Shown: positions 15,811 through 31,057, counted from the stretch's first letter. The stretch is DNA of 64,000 bases from Eledone cirrhosa (GCA_964016885.1 OZ024745.1:107260001-107324000), one strand, 5' to 3'. Program-made: numbers and translations. Notes: generated by a model from the sequence alone, not told the origin.

Positions 15811-18562
15811 ATATATTACTTTACATGGCAGATACTGATTACAACACAAACACTTCAATTACTACCATAATTGTGAGCTATGGCGCACGGCGTATTCCTA
15901 TGACTCAGATGGTCCTTTTCATTACATATAGAAAAGGAGAGAGAGAGAGAGAGAGAGAGATACAACCTATGAGCAGTTATATGTTTTAACATAGGTCCGC
16001 TGCCAACAACATAAAAAAAATTGAAAAACCAAGTCATGATATCTTGTTTGATGGAAAAAACTCTCAGCCAATATCTCCAGAAATTAAATACGGTGTAAGA
16101 AGACACTTCAAATCCTTTACTTCAGTTGGTTGACCTCGTTTTGGCTACTGTATTTCCTACTCCTTTGTATCATCCTATATTTCGTTTGAATTTGTTCTTC
16201 TCGATTTTTCCTTCCGATGCCCTTGTTCCTTCTTTCTAGAAAGAAAGAGGGAGATGAATATGACATATATATCTTGTTGGACTATTAAAGAATTTTCTGA
16301 AAATTACAGTGAGGAAAACACTCTTGCTTTCGTAAAGAGTCTGAGACTACAGTTGCGTGACGTAGAGAAGCAAGTCTCCTCCATCTCCAACTAACAAAAC
16401 GCATATTGCTGATACAGAGCTTCAGTGTCATTTCCTTTGAAGTAGAGCTGTTGTCACGCACTAGTGCTCTCATATCTTTGACATTTTGCTAGGTATACGA
16501 TGCACGAAGATTTACTTCATTTTGGTTGTTTACGATTATCGATAGTTAAAAAGTTCAGTGTGGTTGTCTTTCTTAGTGATATCATTCACTCTTTCAGATT
16601 TACAGATGTTGAGGTTAGATCCCAGCAAAGAGGGAAAGAGTGATTAACTTAGGAAGGTAAAAAAGCTGGTGCTGTAGCTCGACTTGTTCTGTTGGTGTCA
16701 TGAAATAGCTCTGGCATTGAATCTCAGATGGAGTAAAATAAAATATTTGGGAGAAAATTCTCTTCTTTTGCATCAAAAATGTGGAATTGGAATCAACACA
16801 GAAACAAATGCAACTAATTTATCTTCGAAATAAAAGTAGTTTTATTTAGTGGATATGGCGAGTAGGAGTAATTTGTAAATGTAGTAGAACTCCTTTTGCT
16901 AAGAGATTAGAAATCACGGCTGCAACGTGGGTGGCGATAGAAATTGTCAGCTGGGCGATGCACGAAAGTACTTTCTGATTTCCTGGTGGCTAGAGAAATG
17001 TGTTGTGATTCTTTACAGTTAGCGCTGGCAACTAACTTCCTCCAGGTGTTCTTCGTCTGTACCTAGAGCGGAAGTGCCTCACATATGCGAGAAGTAATTT
17101 AAATAGTGTATACATTTGTGTTGTAGAAATTCAATAATTGTACAAAGTTAAAATATTTTCTGGACCCTAAAGCGGTAACCTTGTCTTTCACTGATTATTT
17201 ACTTTTACGTTGCTCAGATATAAGTACACAACTTATAATATCAGTTACACAATACCAAAAATACATACTATAAAGTACAAATGATACCCATACACATTTG
17301 CATCCATTCTCATTCACACCTTACAGTTAAGGAGTAAATTACTATAGAGTAATATGAATTGAAAAACTGTCATAGCCTTTAACAGGGAGTTGAATTAAAG
17401 ATGTAGACTTCATCTCTATGTAGTTTGCCAAGAGTCAATCCAATCTGGTTGAACCTATTCCTTTTGTTAAATAGTGACTATGAATGAAATTTACAAATGC
17501 ACGATAAAGCGAAGTGAAATACTTAAATCAGAATCAAAATTACGTTACAGACATCGTTGCATGGATTTTAAATAATAACAAAGTTGTTATCAATTTTTTT
17601 ACATATTTCGAGAAAGTATAGTCTCAATAGAAACTTCTACAGAACTTCCCTGATTTATTTTTCTCTTAACTCTTGTAGGAAGAACGGGAAACATTGATAG
17701 AATTCGAGCTGAAAACAAGAGGAAAAACGATATAATAAATGCAATCAGACACTTAATAATCCGACACTGCAGTTTCTGACAACTGCTGCAGAACAATTAT
17801 GTACACAATATTATCAGTTTTGTAGGCCTGTGATTTAAATTAAAATGTCAATGTCTCCACTATGAATTCTAATTATGACTGAAACAGGTGCTTGACTAAT
17901 GTATTTCTGTAAATCACACAATCACTGTCACTCAATGTCAAAGAGTTGTATTAGGTTCGAAGTTGCTTCGTTAGACAAAAAATGACTCCATCATTAAAAT
18001 TTTAGAACATCTATAGGAGCTAACTGATGCCTGTCACTATATATGACACGCATTCCTTCGTCGGTTGATAACAATTCTGTTCAGGCGTACAAGAAAATTA
18101 CTGAAATTATAATATTAGTTACATTAAAATCGATGACTTTCGATGGGAGACACAAAAAGGAAACGGAGTTTATTCACACACACAAACACAAACGCATATG
18201 GATACAAATAATTTCACATCTTCAAGACATACACAGACGGATATACCATAAAACACCACGTTACATAGCCGTGTATTTAAGTATCATATGCTATAGAGAA
18301 ATATATACAGCTAAATTATGTGGTAATGGAACTAGTTGAAGCTTTAGGTAAATAGACAATTTGCAAGTTGAAATCCATAGGTTTAGATTAATAACTAGAA
18401 GTCAGAACAAATATTTGAATATAATGATTAATGTTTGATTGGCTAGAATAGTCATCTGGTAAGAGTAACCTTCAGCCAATTTAGAGAAACATTCCATGCA
18501 TTGTTTTTGCTGCAGCTAACTTACCGTGTTGTTAATTTATTTCATTTCTATCTCGCTTAATA

Positions 18563-19978
<1,416 letters not shown>

Positions 19979-20051
19979 TATAAAATGTATGTATAAAATA
20001 AGTAAGTCAAATATGTAAAATTTGGCTTCGTCTATTATAAATTATAAATTT

Positions 20052-20106
20052 ACTGCTATATATATTTCGGTGACAGCCATCATTGGCTGTGACCTCTTCA
20101 GGAAGT
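20052..20106 (-). ncRNA. Putative type-I hammerhead ribozyme
   Basis: Minus strand: acttc CTGAAGA ggtcacagcca-atga-tggctgtcacc GAAA tatata TA gcagt. Confidence 0.65.
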
Positions 20107-21260
20107 TCGAATTGGTGTGGAAAAGACAGGTACACATGTTGTTGAGGTGTGCTTCACTCCGTCAATACATCGATATCTCCAGCTACTGGTTGTGTTGTTA
20201 TTCCTCCGAGGGACTGGAATCATATGAACTAGAACAAACGAATTTCAGCGTCATAGGACACGCTCGTATCCCATTGGTCAGTTGTGAGACCATTCCTCAG
20301 TCAAAAGTCTATAGGAATTCTTCTGAGGCAAGACAACCTGTTATAGTTGTTTTTTGTCAGAATGATTAAGTACAACTGACCTCCTCCATTGTGTTGGTAG
20401 TGGTAGTGGTGTTAAGGAGTCATCTAGCAGGTCAGAAGAATCTATGTGTGTAGGCTGGCATCTATCCTGCCACCATTTCACGTGGTGGGAGATGCCCAAC
20501 AAATAAAGAATGTGTGTGTGTGTGTGTTACAACCAATATCAAACATTTTGAAAAATATAAACTGAAATAGAAAACCTGTGTGTCAGGATCGAGAAGAGTA
20601 AATAATTACAATTCTTATTTTATCATAGAGTACCACAGCTCGCACTGTTGCGCGTACACACGTATAAACACAGGCTCGGTGCATTCACCTATTTACGTCC
20701 ACACAGTCTAACAAAAGATGAGTGCGTTTTAAAAACAAATGAGGTAAAATTGGAGTGTAAAATACCAAAAATCCTGTGTGTCAAAATCCAGAAGTGCAAA
20801 GGAATACAATTCTTGTTTCAGCATAAAGTACATATGCGTGTATGTTTTTCAACGCACACCGTTGCAAGCACACACGCACAAACACAGGTTGAGGTGCATT
20901 GCCATATTGCGTCTACACAGTTACACACACGCATACATGCACGCATACACATAGCTCCATATACTCTCACATTTGGATACACCCACACGGACACAGGGTC
21001 AAAGTGCCCTCTGGTGAGAGGGGTAAGTGGTAGTAATCGGCACGTCCTTTTTATTTGTGGTATTTATCCCTGGCTCATGCGTGCGAGGGGAGTCGGGTTC
21101 GAGGCAGGATATCCCCCTGGTATTCGGTTTTGTTCTAGCTCATATGGTTCCAGTTCCTCGGAGGAATAACAACACACCCAGGAGCTGGACACATCGATGT
21201 ATTGACACAGTGAAACACACCTCTACAACATGTGTACCTGTCTTTTCCACACCGATTCGG

Positions 21261-21315
21261 ACTGCCTGAAGAGGTCACAGTCAATGATGGCTGCCACCGA
21301 AATATATATGCCAGT
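21261..21315 (+). ncRNA. Degenerate type-I hammerhead ribozyme (G at position 17)
   Basis: actgc CTGAAGA ggtcacagtca-atga-tggctgccacc GAAA tatata TG ccagt. Confidence 0.5.
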
Positions 21316-21464
21316 AAATTTATAATTTATAATAAACGAAGCCAAATTTTACATATTTGACTTACTTATTTTACATTACTCCGGAGTAAACAAACAACCT
21401 GCATACTTCGTCGAGTTCTCCAATCTGCATACTGAGGTGTCGGTAAACAACCAGCATATACTCA

Positions 21465-21566
<102 letters not shown>

Positions 21567-22185
21567 TAAACAGAAAACAAAGCAAACAATACAGTACAAT
21601 GAAGATATTAATGCTTGATATATTACGAAAAGATTCTTAATGTCTCGGTCTTTCATCAGAAGCTATAATCCGAAATATAAGGAGAAATCGGAAAAGTACA
21701 TGTGTGTTCAGTCATCCATTTGGGGGAATTGCTGCTTAAGGAATATCTTAGAGTGGATTTGAAAGGCAGATAAATGTTGTGTAGTTGAAGTGAACACGCG
21801 TGTGTCAGTATGTGTTGGCTTATATGTCTAGGCAAAGCTGCGAGTGGATGTGCTTCAGACGGTGACAGAAGTGGATGCTGGTGAGTTGTAGAGTTGTGAA
21901 TGCGCGTGCGAATGAGCTGACCGACGCCGCTATGTATATGAAATTTTGTGTGCACATACAGAAACACACACAAGTATAAACATTTATAAGGTATTATTGT
22001 AGTCGTAAGAGTATCTAAGAAGAATCGGGTACGACGATATAGAGGTACCAGTATAAATGGCTGAACTACGATGTGTGGGAACCACTGAATGCATGAATGT
22101 GAAAGCATGTTTATGTATGTCATTATATATCTTTATTATATATATATAGAAATGACGGCTACAGGACTAGAATTGTTTCATTCAT

Positions 22186-22341
22186 ATAGGGAGAATAAGA
22201 CGATTATTAGGGAGAAAAATATTTTTTTTCCTTTTATTTTTTTCTCTTTTTTCTGGGTTATAAAATGTTTAAAACAAAATATTTTACTTTGTGTGAAGTG
22301 TTAACGTATTAGTTAATTTATTTATTAATTAACAATGGCAT

Positions 22342-22392
<51 letters not shown>

Positions 22393-22430
22393 TATATTTA
22401 ATAACTGTCTATAGACAATTATTAAATATA

Positions 22431-22461
<31 letters not shown>

Positions 22462-22615
22462 ATGCCATTGTTAATTAATAAATAAATTAACTAATACGTT
22501 AACACTTCACACAAAGTAAAATATTTTGTTTTAAACATTTTCTAACCCAGAAAAAAGAGAATAAAATAAAAGGAAACAAAATATTTTTCTTCCTAATAAT
22601 CGTCTTTTTCTCCCT

Positions 22616-22617
<2 letters not shown>
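22186..22617. repeat. ~430-bp spacerless palindrome
   Basis: Arms are symmetric about tgtcta|tagaca (22411/22412), with a few mismatches and unequal (TTTA)n length. Confidence 0.95.
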
Positions 22618-22676
<59 letters not shown>

Positions 22677-22742
22677 CATACATATATATATATATATGTG
22701 TGTGTGTATATACATATATATGTATATATATGTATATATATG

Positions 22743-22887
<145 letters not shown>

Positions 22888-23692
22888 ATACACATATATA
22901 TATATGTATTAATAATTAGAATTGGTACTCTGAAATAGCGATATATATCCTTGTAGTTGTGTTCATCATGTAAAAATAATTAACAATTTAGAAAATAACT
23001 GATATATTGTTTGCTCGTAATCAGAGAAGTTGGTGGGATCGATAGTGATTGTAGGGGTGGCAGCGGCTGTAGTTGTGCAAGATAATGTTGAGGTAGAACT
23101 GATTAAGTTTATACAGCAATTGCTGCTGTTGGTGAGTGTAAAGATTCCGAGCGAAGAGAATGGTGCTAAGAAAGAATTATAACGATGAAAACACGAAGAA
23201 AAGAATGTATTACTGTGACGGCGGTGGACATTTCTGCTGTTACTATAGTAAAGTATGTAATGATATATGTCTATATAAGAGATTGTGTTCGTATCTAATT
23301 GAATCTGTGGGGAAGTGAATGTAAATATATATGTATGAAATATATGAGTGTATTCATTGTATGCATGTGTATAGGTATACATACATGCATACATACATAC
23401 ATACATACTTTCATACATACATAAACACATTCATACATATATACATACAATCAAGCAGAAATTGAAAATTAGAATTAGTGCTCTGTCACTACTCTAAACC
23501 AATAGCGTAAGGTCTTCGAAATGCTTTTAATTAAGCTTACAGTGTATTGCAAAATACACTATATATACATTTATATATATGTCGCTATTTCAGAGCACCA
23601 ATTCTAATTTTCAATTTCTGCTTGACCGGCAACTGCTCTGTATAATCAGTTCCTGATTATTACTAGAATTCTATAAGAATCAAACATTCATG

Positions 23693-23788
23693 ATTTTCAG
23701 CAAACAGGTGGAGTACTTAGCTTTGATAAGTACCAAAAAGTACGAAACAGAGCTCTATCAGCTTTAATTCCTCCTGTTTGCTGAAAAT
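23693..23788 (+). ncRNA. Extended type-I hammerhead, U3-A8 core variant (copy 1)
   Basis: attttcagcaaacagg t ggagt actt agct TTGATAA gtac-caaaaa-gtac GAAA c agagctct a TC agct tta attcc t cctgtttgctgaaaat; predicted cleavage after C23759. Confidence 0.7.
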
Positions 23789-24015
23789 TTAAAATAAGTC
23801 TAACTGTCACTACTTTAAAATAATAGCGTAGGGTCTTCTAAATGCTTTTAATTAAGCTTACAGTGTATTGCAAAATACACTATATATACATTTATATATA
23901 TATGTCGCTATTTCAGAGCACCAATTCTAATTTTCAATTTCTGCTTGACCGGCAACCGCTGTGTATAATCAGTTCCTGATTATTACTAGAATTCTATAAG
24001 AATCAAACATTCATG

Positions 24016-24111
24016 ATTTTCAGCAAACAGGTGGAGTACTTAGCTTTGATAAGTACCAAAAAGTACGAAACAGAGCTCTATCAGCTTTAATTCCTCCTGT
24101 TTGCTGAAAAT
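24016..24111 (+). ncRNA. Extended type-I hammerhead, copy 2
   Basis: Identical fold to copy 1. Confidence 0.7.
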
Positions 24112-24338
24112 TTAAAATAAGTCTAACTGTCACTACTTTAAAATAATAGCGTAGGGTCTTCTAAATGCTTTTAATTAAGCTTACAGTGTATTGCAAAATA
24201 CACTATATATACATTTATATATATATGTCGCTATTTCAGAGCACCAATTCTAATTTTCAATTTCTGCTTGACCGGCAACCGCTGTGTATAATCAGTTCCT
24301 GATTATTACTAGAATTCTATAAGAATCAAACATTCATG

Positions 24339-24434
24339 ATTTTCAGCAAACAGGTGGAGTACTTAGCTTTGATAAGTACCAAAAAGTACGAAACAGAGAT
24401 CTATCAGCTTTAATTCCTCCTGTTTGCTGAAAAT
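24339..24434 (+). ncRNA. Extended type-I hammerhead, copy 3
   Basis: As copy 1 but stem III reads agagatct. Confidence 0.65.
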
Positions 24435-24661
24435 TTAAAATAAGTCTAACTGTCACTACTTTAAAATAATAGCGTAAGGTCTTCTAAATGCTTTTAATTA
24501 AGCTTACAGTGTATTGCAAAATACACTATATATACATTTATATATATATGTCGCTATTTCAGAGCACCAATTCTAATTTTCAATTTCTGCTTGACCGGCA
24601 ACCGCTCTGTATAATCAGTTCCTGATTATTACTAGAATTCTATAAGAATCAAACATTCATG

Positions 24662-24757
24662 ATTTTCAGCAAACAGGTGGAGTACTTAGCTTTGATAAGT
24701 ACCAAAAAGTACGAAACAGAGATCTATCAGCTTTAATTCCTCCTGTTTGCTGAAAAT
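24662..24757 (+). ncRNA. Extended type-I hammerhead, copy 4
   Basis: As copy 3. Confidence 0.65.
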
Positions 24758-24984
24758 TTAAAATAAGTCTAACTGTCACTACTTTAAAATAATAGCGTAG
24801 GGTCTTCTAAATGCTTTTAATTAAGCTTACAGTGTATTGCAAAATACACTATATATACATTTATATATATATGTCGCTATTTCAGAGCACCAATTCTAAT
24901 TTTCAATTTCTGCTTGACCGGCAACCGCTCTGTATAATCAGTTCCTGATTATTACTAGAATTCTATAAGAATCAAACATTCATG

Positions 24985-25080
24985 ATTTTCAGCAAACAGG
25001 TGGAGTACTTAGCTTTGATAAGTACCAAAAAGTACGAAACAGAGCTCTATCAGCTTTAATTCCTCCTGTTTGCTGAAAAT
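24985..25080 (+). ncRNA. Extended type-I hammerhead, copy 5
   Basis: As copy 1. Confidence 0.7.
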
Positions 25081-25172
25081 TTAAAGTAAGTCTAACTGTC
25101 ACTACTCTAAAATAATAGCGTAAGGTCTTCGAAATGCTTTTAATTAAGCATACAGTGTATTGCAAAATACAC

Positions 25173-25275
<103 letters not shown>

Positions 25276-25815
25276 ATATTTATGCATATATAGGCAAACA
25301 AACGAAAGTATTATAACATCAATCATTGGAGAAACGAAGGTTACTTGTAAATGACAATGACACACGCGTATGCTCTCACATAGTCATTCCTACGCATGTC
25401 AAACATATGTACACATACAGATGTACAAAAATCAAAAAGTGAGCGAAAGACATAAAACAAAATATCTGATGTACACATTTACACATGGACATCTCCCACA
25501 CATACACATATATGTTGGTATGTATGTATGTATGTATTTATGTATGTATATGGTCGAGTGTCCAGCCCCACTATGTTAAACCACTGGGAGTGAATGACGC
25601 CTAGCCTATATCAGGGCATTCTTCTAGGAGAGGGCCACTCAGGAAACTGGGATAACTCCGATATAAAACCTGCGGCTCAGTAGTACCGATGACGTTTTAT
25701 CTTTTCTTCTTTTCGGGTTATAGCTACTGTCGCTCAGAGAGTGGGATTGGCTCAGTGCACAGTCTTTTCTCACTTTAAAAAATATCTTCACGCACAGGCA
25801 TTGCATGATAGAATT

Positions 25816-25993
25816 AATAATTGTTTCTACTTTAGGCACAAGGCCAGCAATTACCCAGTGCATTCTGGTACTTTATTTTATCGACCCCGTAAGGATGAAA
25901 GGCAAAGTCAACCTCGGCGGGATTTGAACTCAGATCGTAAAGGGACGTAACTATGCTAGAAAGCATGGTGTCCAACCCTCTACCGATACTGCC
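25816..25993 (-). mobile_element. tRNA-derived SINE, family A
   Basis: Reverse complement of family consensus. Confidence 0.9.
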
Positions 25994-26484
25994 AGTGCAA
26001 TGGCCATACTCGATAACGAGGGGGCAGCCATCATGTATGTATGTATGTATGTATGTATGTATGTATGTATGTATGTATGTATGTATGTGTGTATGTATGT
26101 TATGTCAGGTCACCAGTTGGTGCTACTGGTAACATGTATCCCAGTACAACCTGGCCTCATGGTCGGTTCGTTGGCGACTAAACTAGCAACCCCACCAATG
26201 TTTCTTGGTGAGGAGGGTGACTTTGGACATCCTGCAGGACTAAAAACAGAACCTGTATAAAACCTCCATCTCCTCCATCTCTCTCTCTCCCTCCCCATGA
26301 TGGTGAACAAATAGGGTCCCGCATGTTGGCCTCCCCACAGACCCGGCGACCTGCAAGAAATAGACAAATATCGCTACTATCGACAAAATGGATGCGTTGT
26401 ACAATGTACTCTGATTTGCCTGCATATAGGGACTGGATGAGATAGTCACGGCTGGAATGTTGGTCAGGATTCATTTCTGGGTAA

Positions 26485-26702
26485 ATAATGGTTTCTACTA
26501 TAGGCACAAGGCCAATCATTTTTGGGGAGGGGAAAGTCGATTAAATTGACCCCAGTGCGTGACTGGTATTTATTTTATCGACCCCGTAAGGATGAAAGGC
26601 AAAATTAACCTCGGCGGAATTGGAACTCAGACCGTAAAGGGCCGTAGCTCTATGCTTCAAAGCATGGTCGCCGACTCTCTACCGGTACTGCCAATCCACC
26701 GC
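26485..26702 (-). mobile_element. tRNA-derived SINE, family A variant
   Basis: Same head and core; longer 3' part (ggggaggggaaagtcgattaaattgacccc on plus). Confidence 0.85.
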
Positions 26703-28859
26703 CATTTTCTTAAACAGCCACGGCCGGGCAATCCTAAGGCATGCATGTAGTTGGCTGAACGACGCGGAAGATTTAAAGTTTCTACTCAGACGAACCATTT
26801 TTTTGCCTGGCCAAGTAGCAGATTTGCATACCGATATGCAGTAGGGGACTGTATTGGGGTACAGCATGACAGGCTGAGATAGTGGTGGTGGTGGTGGTGG
26901 TGTTTGTGGTGATTTTAATTATTGAGTGATAGTTGTTGGTGGTGAAAGCAGAAGTGGGATGGTGTTGATTAATAGTTGTAATGATGGTGTTGGTGTTAAG
27001 GGTGATGATGGTTTATAATGATGGTGATGGTAATGACACTGAACTTGAGAATGATGGTGGTAATTACATTGATTACTAAAATGATAATGATGGTGAGAAT
27101 TTTGATGAGAATGTTGACAACGATGATGCCGAGCGAAGGCGGTGTTAATACTGATAATGGAGCGTGTAGTAGTGATGGCTGTTGTACTGATGTGACAGCT
27201 GGAATTGGTAAATTTATCGTGCTAATATTACTGATTCTTGGTTGGTGGCCATAAGACGTTTTGAGTTTAACTTAGAGGTGGTATTCGTATAAACTAGGGT
27301 TATTGTTGTTTTTTTGTTACTATTGGTGTTGTTGTTGCTGCTATTTTGTTGTTGCTGTTGCTGCTGCTGTTCAGATTCATATCAGCCTTGATCGAGAAGA
27401 CCTATGATGAAATGTATTCCATTTGTGACCATCACGAAGTTTACCAATGTGAATGGAACCCAAGTTCAAATTCCCTAATACGACCTTTTCTAAGGCGTTA
27501 GCGCGGGGTTAGAAAGATATTTGGCTCCTATTTCTAGCAAGAAAGGTGACCAACTAGAAACTCCACAATTTGCTCATAATGAATGGGGCAGATGGTTGTG
27601 TTGCTGATATTGCCTTGTTGGATAGTCGTTGCATTATTTGTTGTTGTTATTGATGGTAAATGTATTAGTAATGGTGGTGGTGACGGCCGTAATAGCAGTG
27701 GTTGTGACGATGATTGTTATAAGTAGGATAAAGTAATGATATTGTTGTTAGTGGGGTAGTGGCCATAGATGAGGGTGGTGTGTTTGTAATGATAGTGGCG
27801 ATGGTGATGAGATAACTTTTAATTAGTGTTCGTGGAGCCTATGAAGACAGTGGCAGAGGCAGTAGTAGTATTTGTGATGATGATGGCGGTGGTTGTAATA
27901 GTAGGGCTGGAGGTGAAGTTAAGGATTCTAATGGCGATGAAAGATGGTGCTGTCTGGAAAAATGGCTAAACAATTCTTGTTGAAGACACAAATTCGTTGC
28001 TGGCTCAACTAATTTGGCGAGAGGGAGACAGAAAGCTGAGAGTAAACTAAAGCACACACACACTAAGAAAGAATTATAACGATGAAAACACGAAGAAAAG
28101 AATTTAAAAAAAACTCATAGAAAACATTAAAAACAAGACGAAAATCATTAATGACAACACAATAAAAATAATAAAAAAATGTTGCTCTGCTATTGCTATT
28201 GTTTCTACTATTACTGCTGTTGCTGTTCATGTGTGTGTGTTCATTCACATGACAACTAATTCGAGTTCTATCCACCTCCGCAAATTTTCGACCTTTTTTA
28301 TCTTCATTTTCCATCGTTACCATATCCTACTCCAACCACCATAACACCCAACACCATTTTCAACCAAAACAATGCCATAAACTACACCATCCCTACCATT
28401 AGTATTGCCATCTATACCGACATCACAACCTCAAGCAGAACTACCCGGCATCACGCACCAGAAGATAGTTGTCATCACTAGTAATAAATAGACAGCCACC
28501 ACAAATGATCTCTATGAAGTCTTTTGACCTGCTAGAAATAGTAGCCTCGAATCCTTTAATAACCCTTGAATTTCTTTAAATATAGGACACACTGGATAAG
28601 ATACGCTTAGGAAATTTGTCTAAAAACAAAACACACTCCTGAAAGATTGGTGTGGGTGATAACGATGGTGTAGCAGTTGGGGTGGTTAAAAAGGTGATGA
28701 TTTTTGTGTAGTTGCTTATTTATATGTCCAGAGCTATGATCACAAAGCTTTGACTATCCTGCTTTATTCTTTTCTGTTATAACAGACATAATGTTTCTAT
28801 CTAGTGTGACTGGTTTTTTTAAAGATCGCCAGGTGCTATTGAAAGATTTAAGATTGTAA

Positions 28860-29290
28860 ATTTCTACTATGTTGATCAACCAGTAGTATCTAAGCTGGGT
28901 GGTTTTGAAGTGGAGAAGCAGCGGCTCCAACTTAAACGATACTCTGATGTCAGACCTACACACTCTAATGAATAACGTTACTCCAAAGACCCTTATGGTC
29001 GTTTATAATCGTGATCGTATTCGGTCGGGTATTACTCAAGATTCATGACCAGATGTAAATGTAGGCTCGAACACCGATTTGAAGATGACGAGTTTTGCTT
29101 TTACACCTACCTCCTGTCTTCTGATTACATGCAGAAGCTGGCACATTATTACACCAGCTCCGGAAACTTTTGCATTTAATTCAACTTCACGCTTTACATC
29201 ACTCGTAAGAAAGGCCCTGAGATACTTTATCTTCTCCCCTTGCTGCAGTGTAAATTCCTCAAACACAGAGCGCTCCGCACAGTCTTTCTC
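28860..29290 (-). pseudogene. Old RTE-type LINE RT C-terminal relic
   Basis: LQQGEKIKYL..KAKLVIFKSVFEPTFTSGHES..SDIRVSFKLEPLLLHFKTTQLRY. Confidence 0.75.
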
Positions 29291-29535
29291 GAAATGAGGA
29301 ATGTTTCAATATTCACGGCACCGATGGAAGCCAATCGGATGGAATATATCTGTAATTTAAATGGAAAACCTTATCACTTTACATTCCAAATTATGTTAAG
29401 GATATAACTGTCTGTAGAAGGATGAGGACATTCAGTTAATCAAATACCCGAAGGCTCAAAATTCATTACCGGGATGGGAAAACTATATACGTACAAGCGT
29501 ACACACATACAAACATGTATATATATATATATATA

Positions 29536-29639
29536 TAGGGTGTCCCGCCAAAATATATACACACCTCAACAGCATTCTAATAAATACTGTCTTTACAGGT
29601 AATCAAAGTATGTATACATTTTTTTTTGTAGGTAGCCTG

Positions 29640-29642
<3 letters not shown>
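29536..29642. mobile_element. Possible short Tc1/mariner-type MITE relic
   Basis: Starts tagggtgtccc and ends gtagcctgta; degenerate inverted ends with tatacac/gtatgtata, TA flanks. Confidence 0.3.
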
Positions 29643-29682
<40 letters not shown>

Positions 29683-30559
29683 TGGAACCGGGTGAGTGAC
29701 CATTTGCATCCGCCCACTTTCTCCACCCCTGCATATGTCGCAGAGGACACAGACGAGGGCGTTTACTCCGATCAGCCCCAACAGGTTTTAGAACAAATCC
29801 CACCCCATAACATCACCAATGCTACCATCATCCTGACAAACACCAATGCTACCATGTCTTCTGCCGCTAGGCTCCTCACAACTTACCCTCTCCATACTCA
29901 GCCCATTGGCACAACCCTCGCCGGCCTATCTACCAGTGACAACTGTATCACCGACAGGGATTTACCCGCAAACACATCCCATCCATCACTGGACTTGATA
30001 CACTCGGAAAGATATCGACCAGATCATATCCTGCCATCGTTTGTCATCAACTGGCGTGTCTACAGCGGAGTGACACTTAATTTGAAGTAGTGGGCAGACC
30101 CTGCCACTAAGAACCAGATCCACCTTGAATCATCCTGACTCTGTGGTCCCAACATTGTCTCTACATTCACGTGCTCTATCCTCAAACGCTTCAACGACCT
30201 GGTCCAGAACGAGAACGACAACTGGGAGATCTTAAAATCCAGCGTAAATCAGTCTGCGCACGACGTATTGGTAAAGTCAAGAACGCTTTCCAAGCGGCCT
30301 TGGATTTTACTGCAGATGCTGGAGATAGCCAGCTGTCACTGCGATGTTTGTCTGTGTAGTGACATATATGAGTACCACCGGCTCAACTGGATACGCAATA
30401 AGGCCATCACGAATTACCGGGAGAAATTTTGAGTGGAAGAAGCTGAGTGCCTGGAATCAGCAGCAAGGACCAACAATCTTAGCCAGGTGTTGAACACGCT
30501 TTGCAATGCCTGTGTCGGTTTTCAAATCAAGACAACCCTGGTGAACAATGGCAAACTCA

Positions 30560-31035
30560 TCATTTCGGAACCCGCTTTCCCTGAACACTGAAAGGAGCAC
30601 TTCAGCCTCCTTCGGCTCCCATCTGTCCCAAGCCTAACCATCACCACAGGCACAGTTGCAACTAACGACACTTTAAGATTCCATCATGTCACCCCCGACG
30701 AAGTCAGTGCAGCCCTGCAGAAGCTCAACAACCGCAAAGACCCTGGAAGCTGCCTTATCACCGTGGAGATGTTGAAGGCATTATAAGATAACATGCTCCA
30801 GCGGCTCACCCGCATCATCAACCATGTGTGGGTGTCAGAGCTATTGCCAAATGACTGGACCCAGAGTACTATACCCTCCTCCCCCCACTGGAAGTGTAAA
30901 AGTGACAAACCCCTCTGCAACAACCAGACGGCCATCACCTTTCTCTCCATTCTCAACAAGCTCTTCACCTGGATTCTCCTCAACCGTGCTCATCTCACTA
31001 TTAGAATGTGTCGCCACTCAAAAGCCGAATTTAGT
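30560..31035 (+). pseudogene. LINE (RTE-like) RT N-terminal relic
   Basis: VTPDEVSAALQKLNNRKDPG..ITVEMLKA..VWVSELLPNDW..CNNQTAITFLSILNKLFTWILLNR. Confidence 0.8.
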
Positions 31036-31057
31036 CCATGTATATATATATATATAT

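Larger units (their letters stand above)
19993..21376. mobile_element. Element with ~250-bp inverted terminal repeats, each containing a hammerhead motif (PLE pLTR-like)
   Basis: 19993-20245 is the reverse complement of 21125-21376 with moderate divergence. A degenerate internal direct repeat lies at ~20540-20690 / ~20750-20900. Confidence 0.75.

Noticed and set aside
16309-16394. Possible terminal exon EENTLAFVKSLRLQLRDVEKQVSSISN*
   Set aside because: Short, no recognisable homology, no supporting upstream exon.
17679-17780. Possible exon after ctcttgtag acceptor
   Set aside because: The frames I translated stop within ~100 nt, and there is no recognisable protein.
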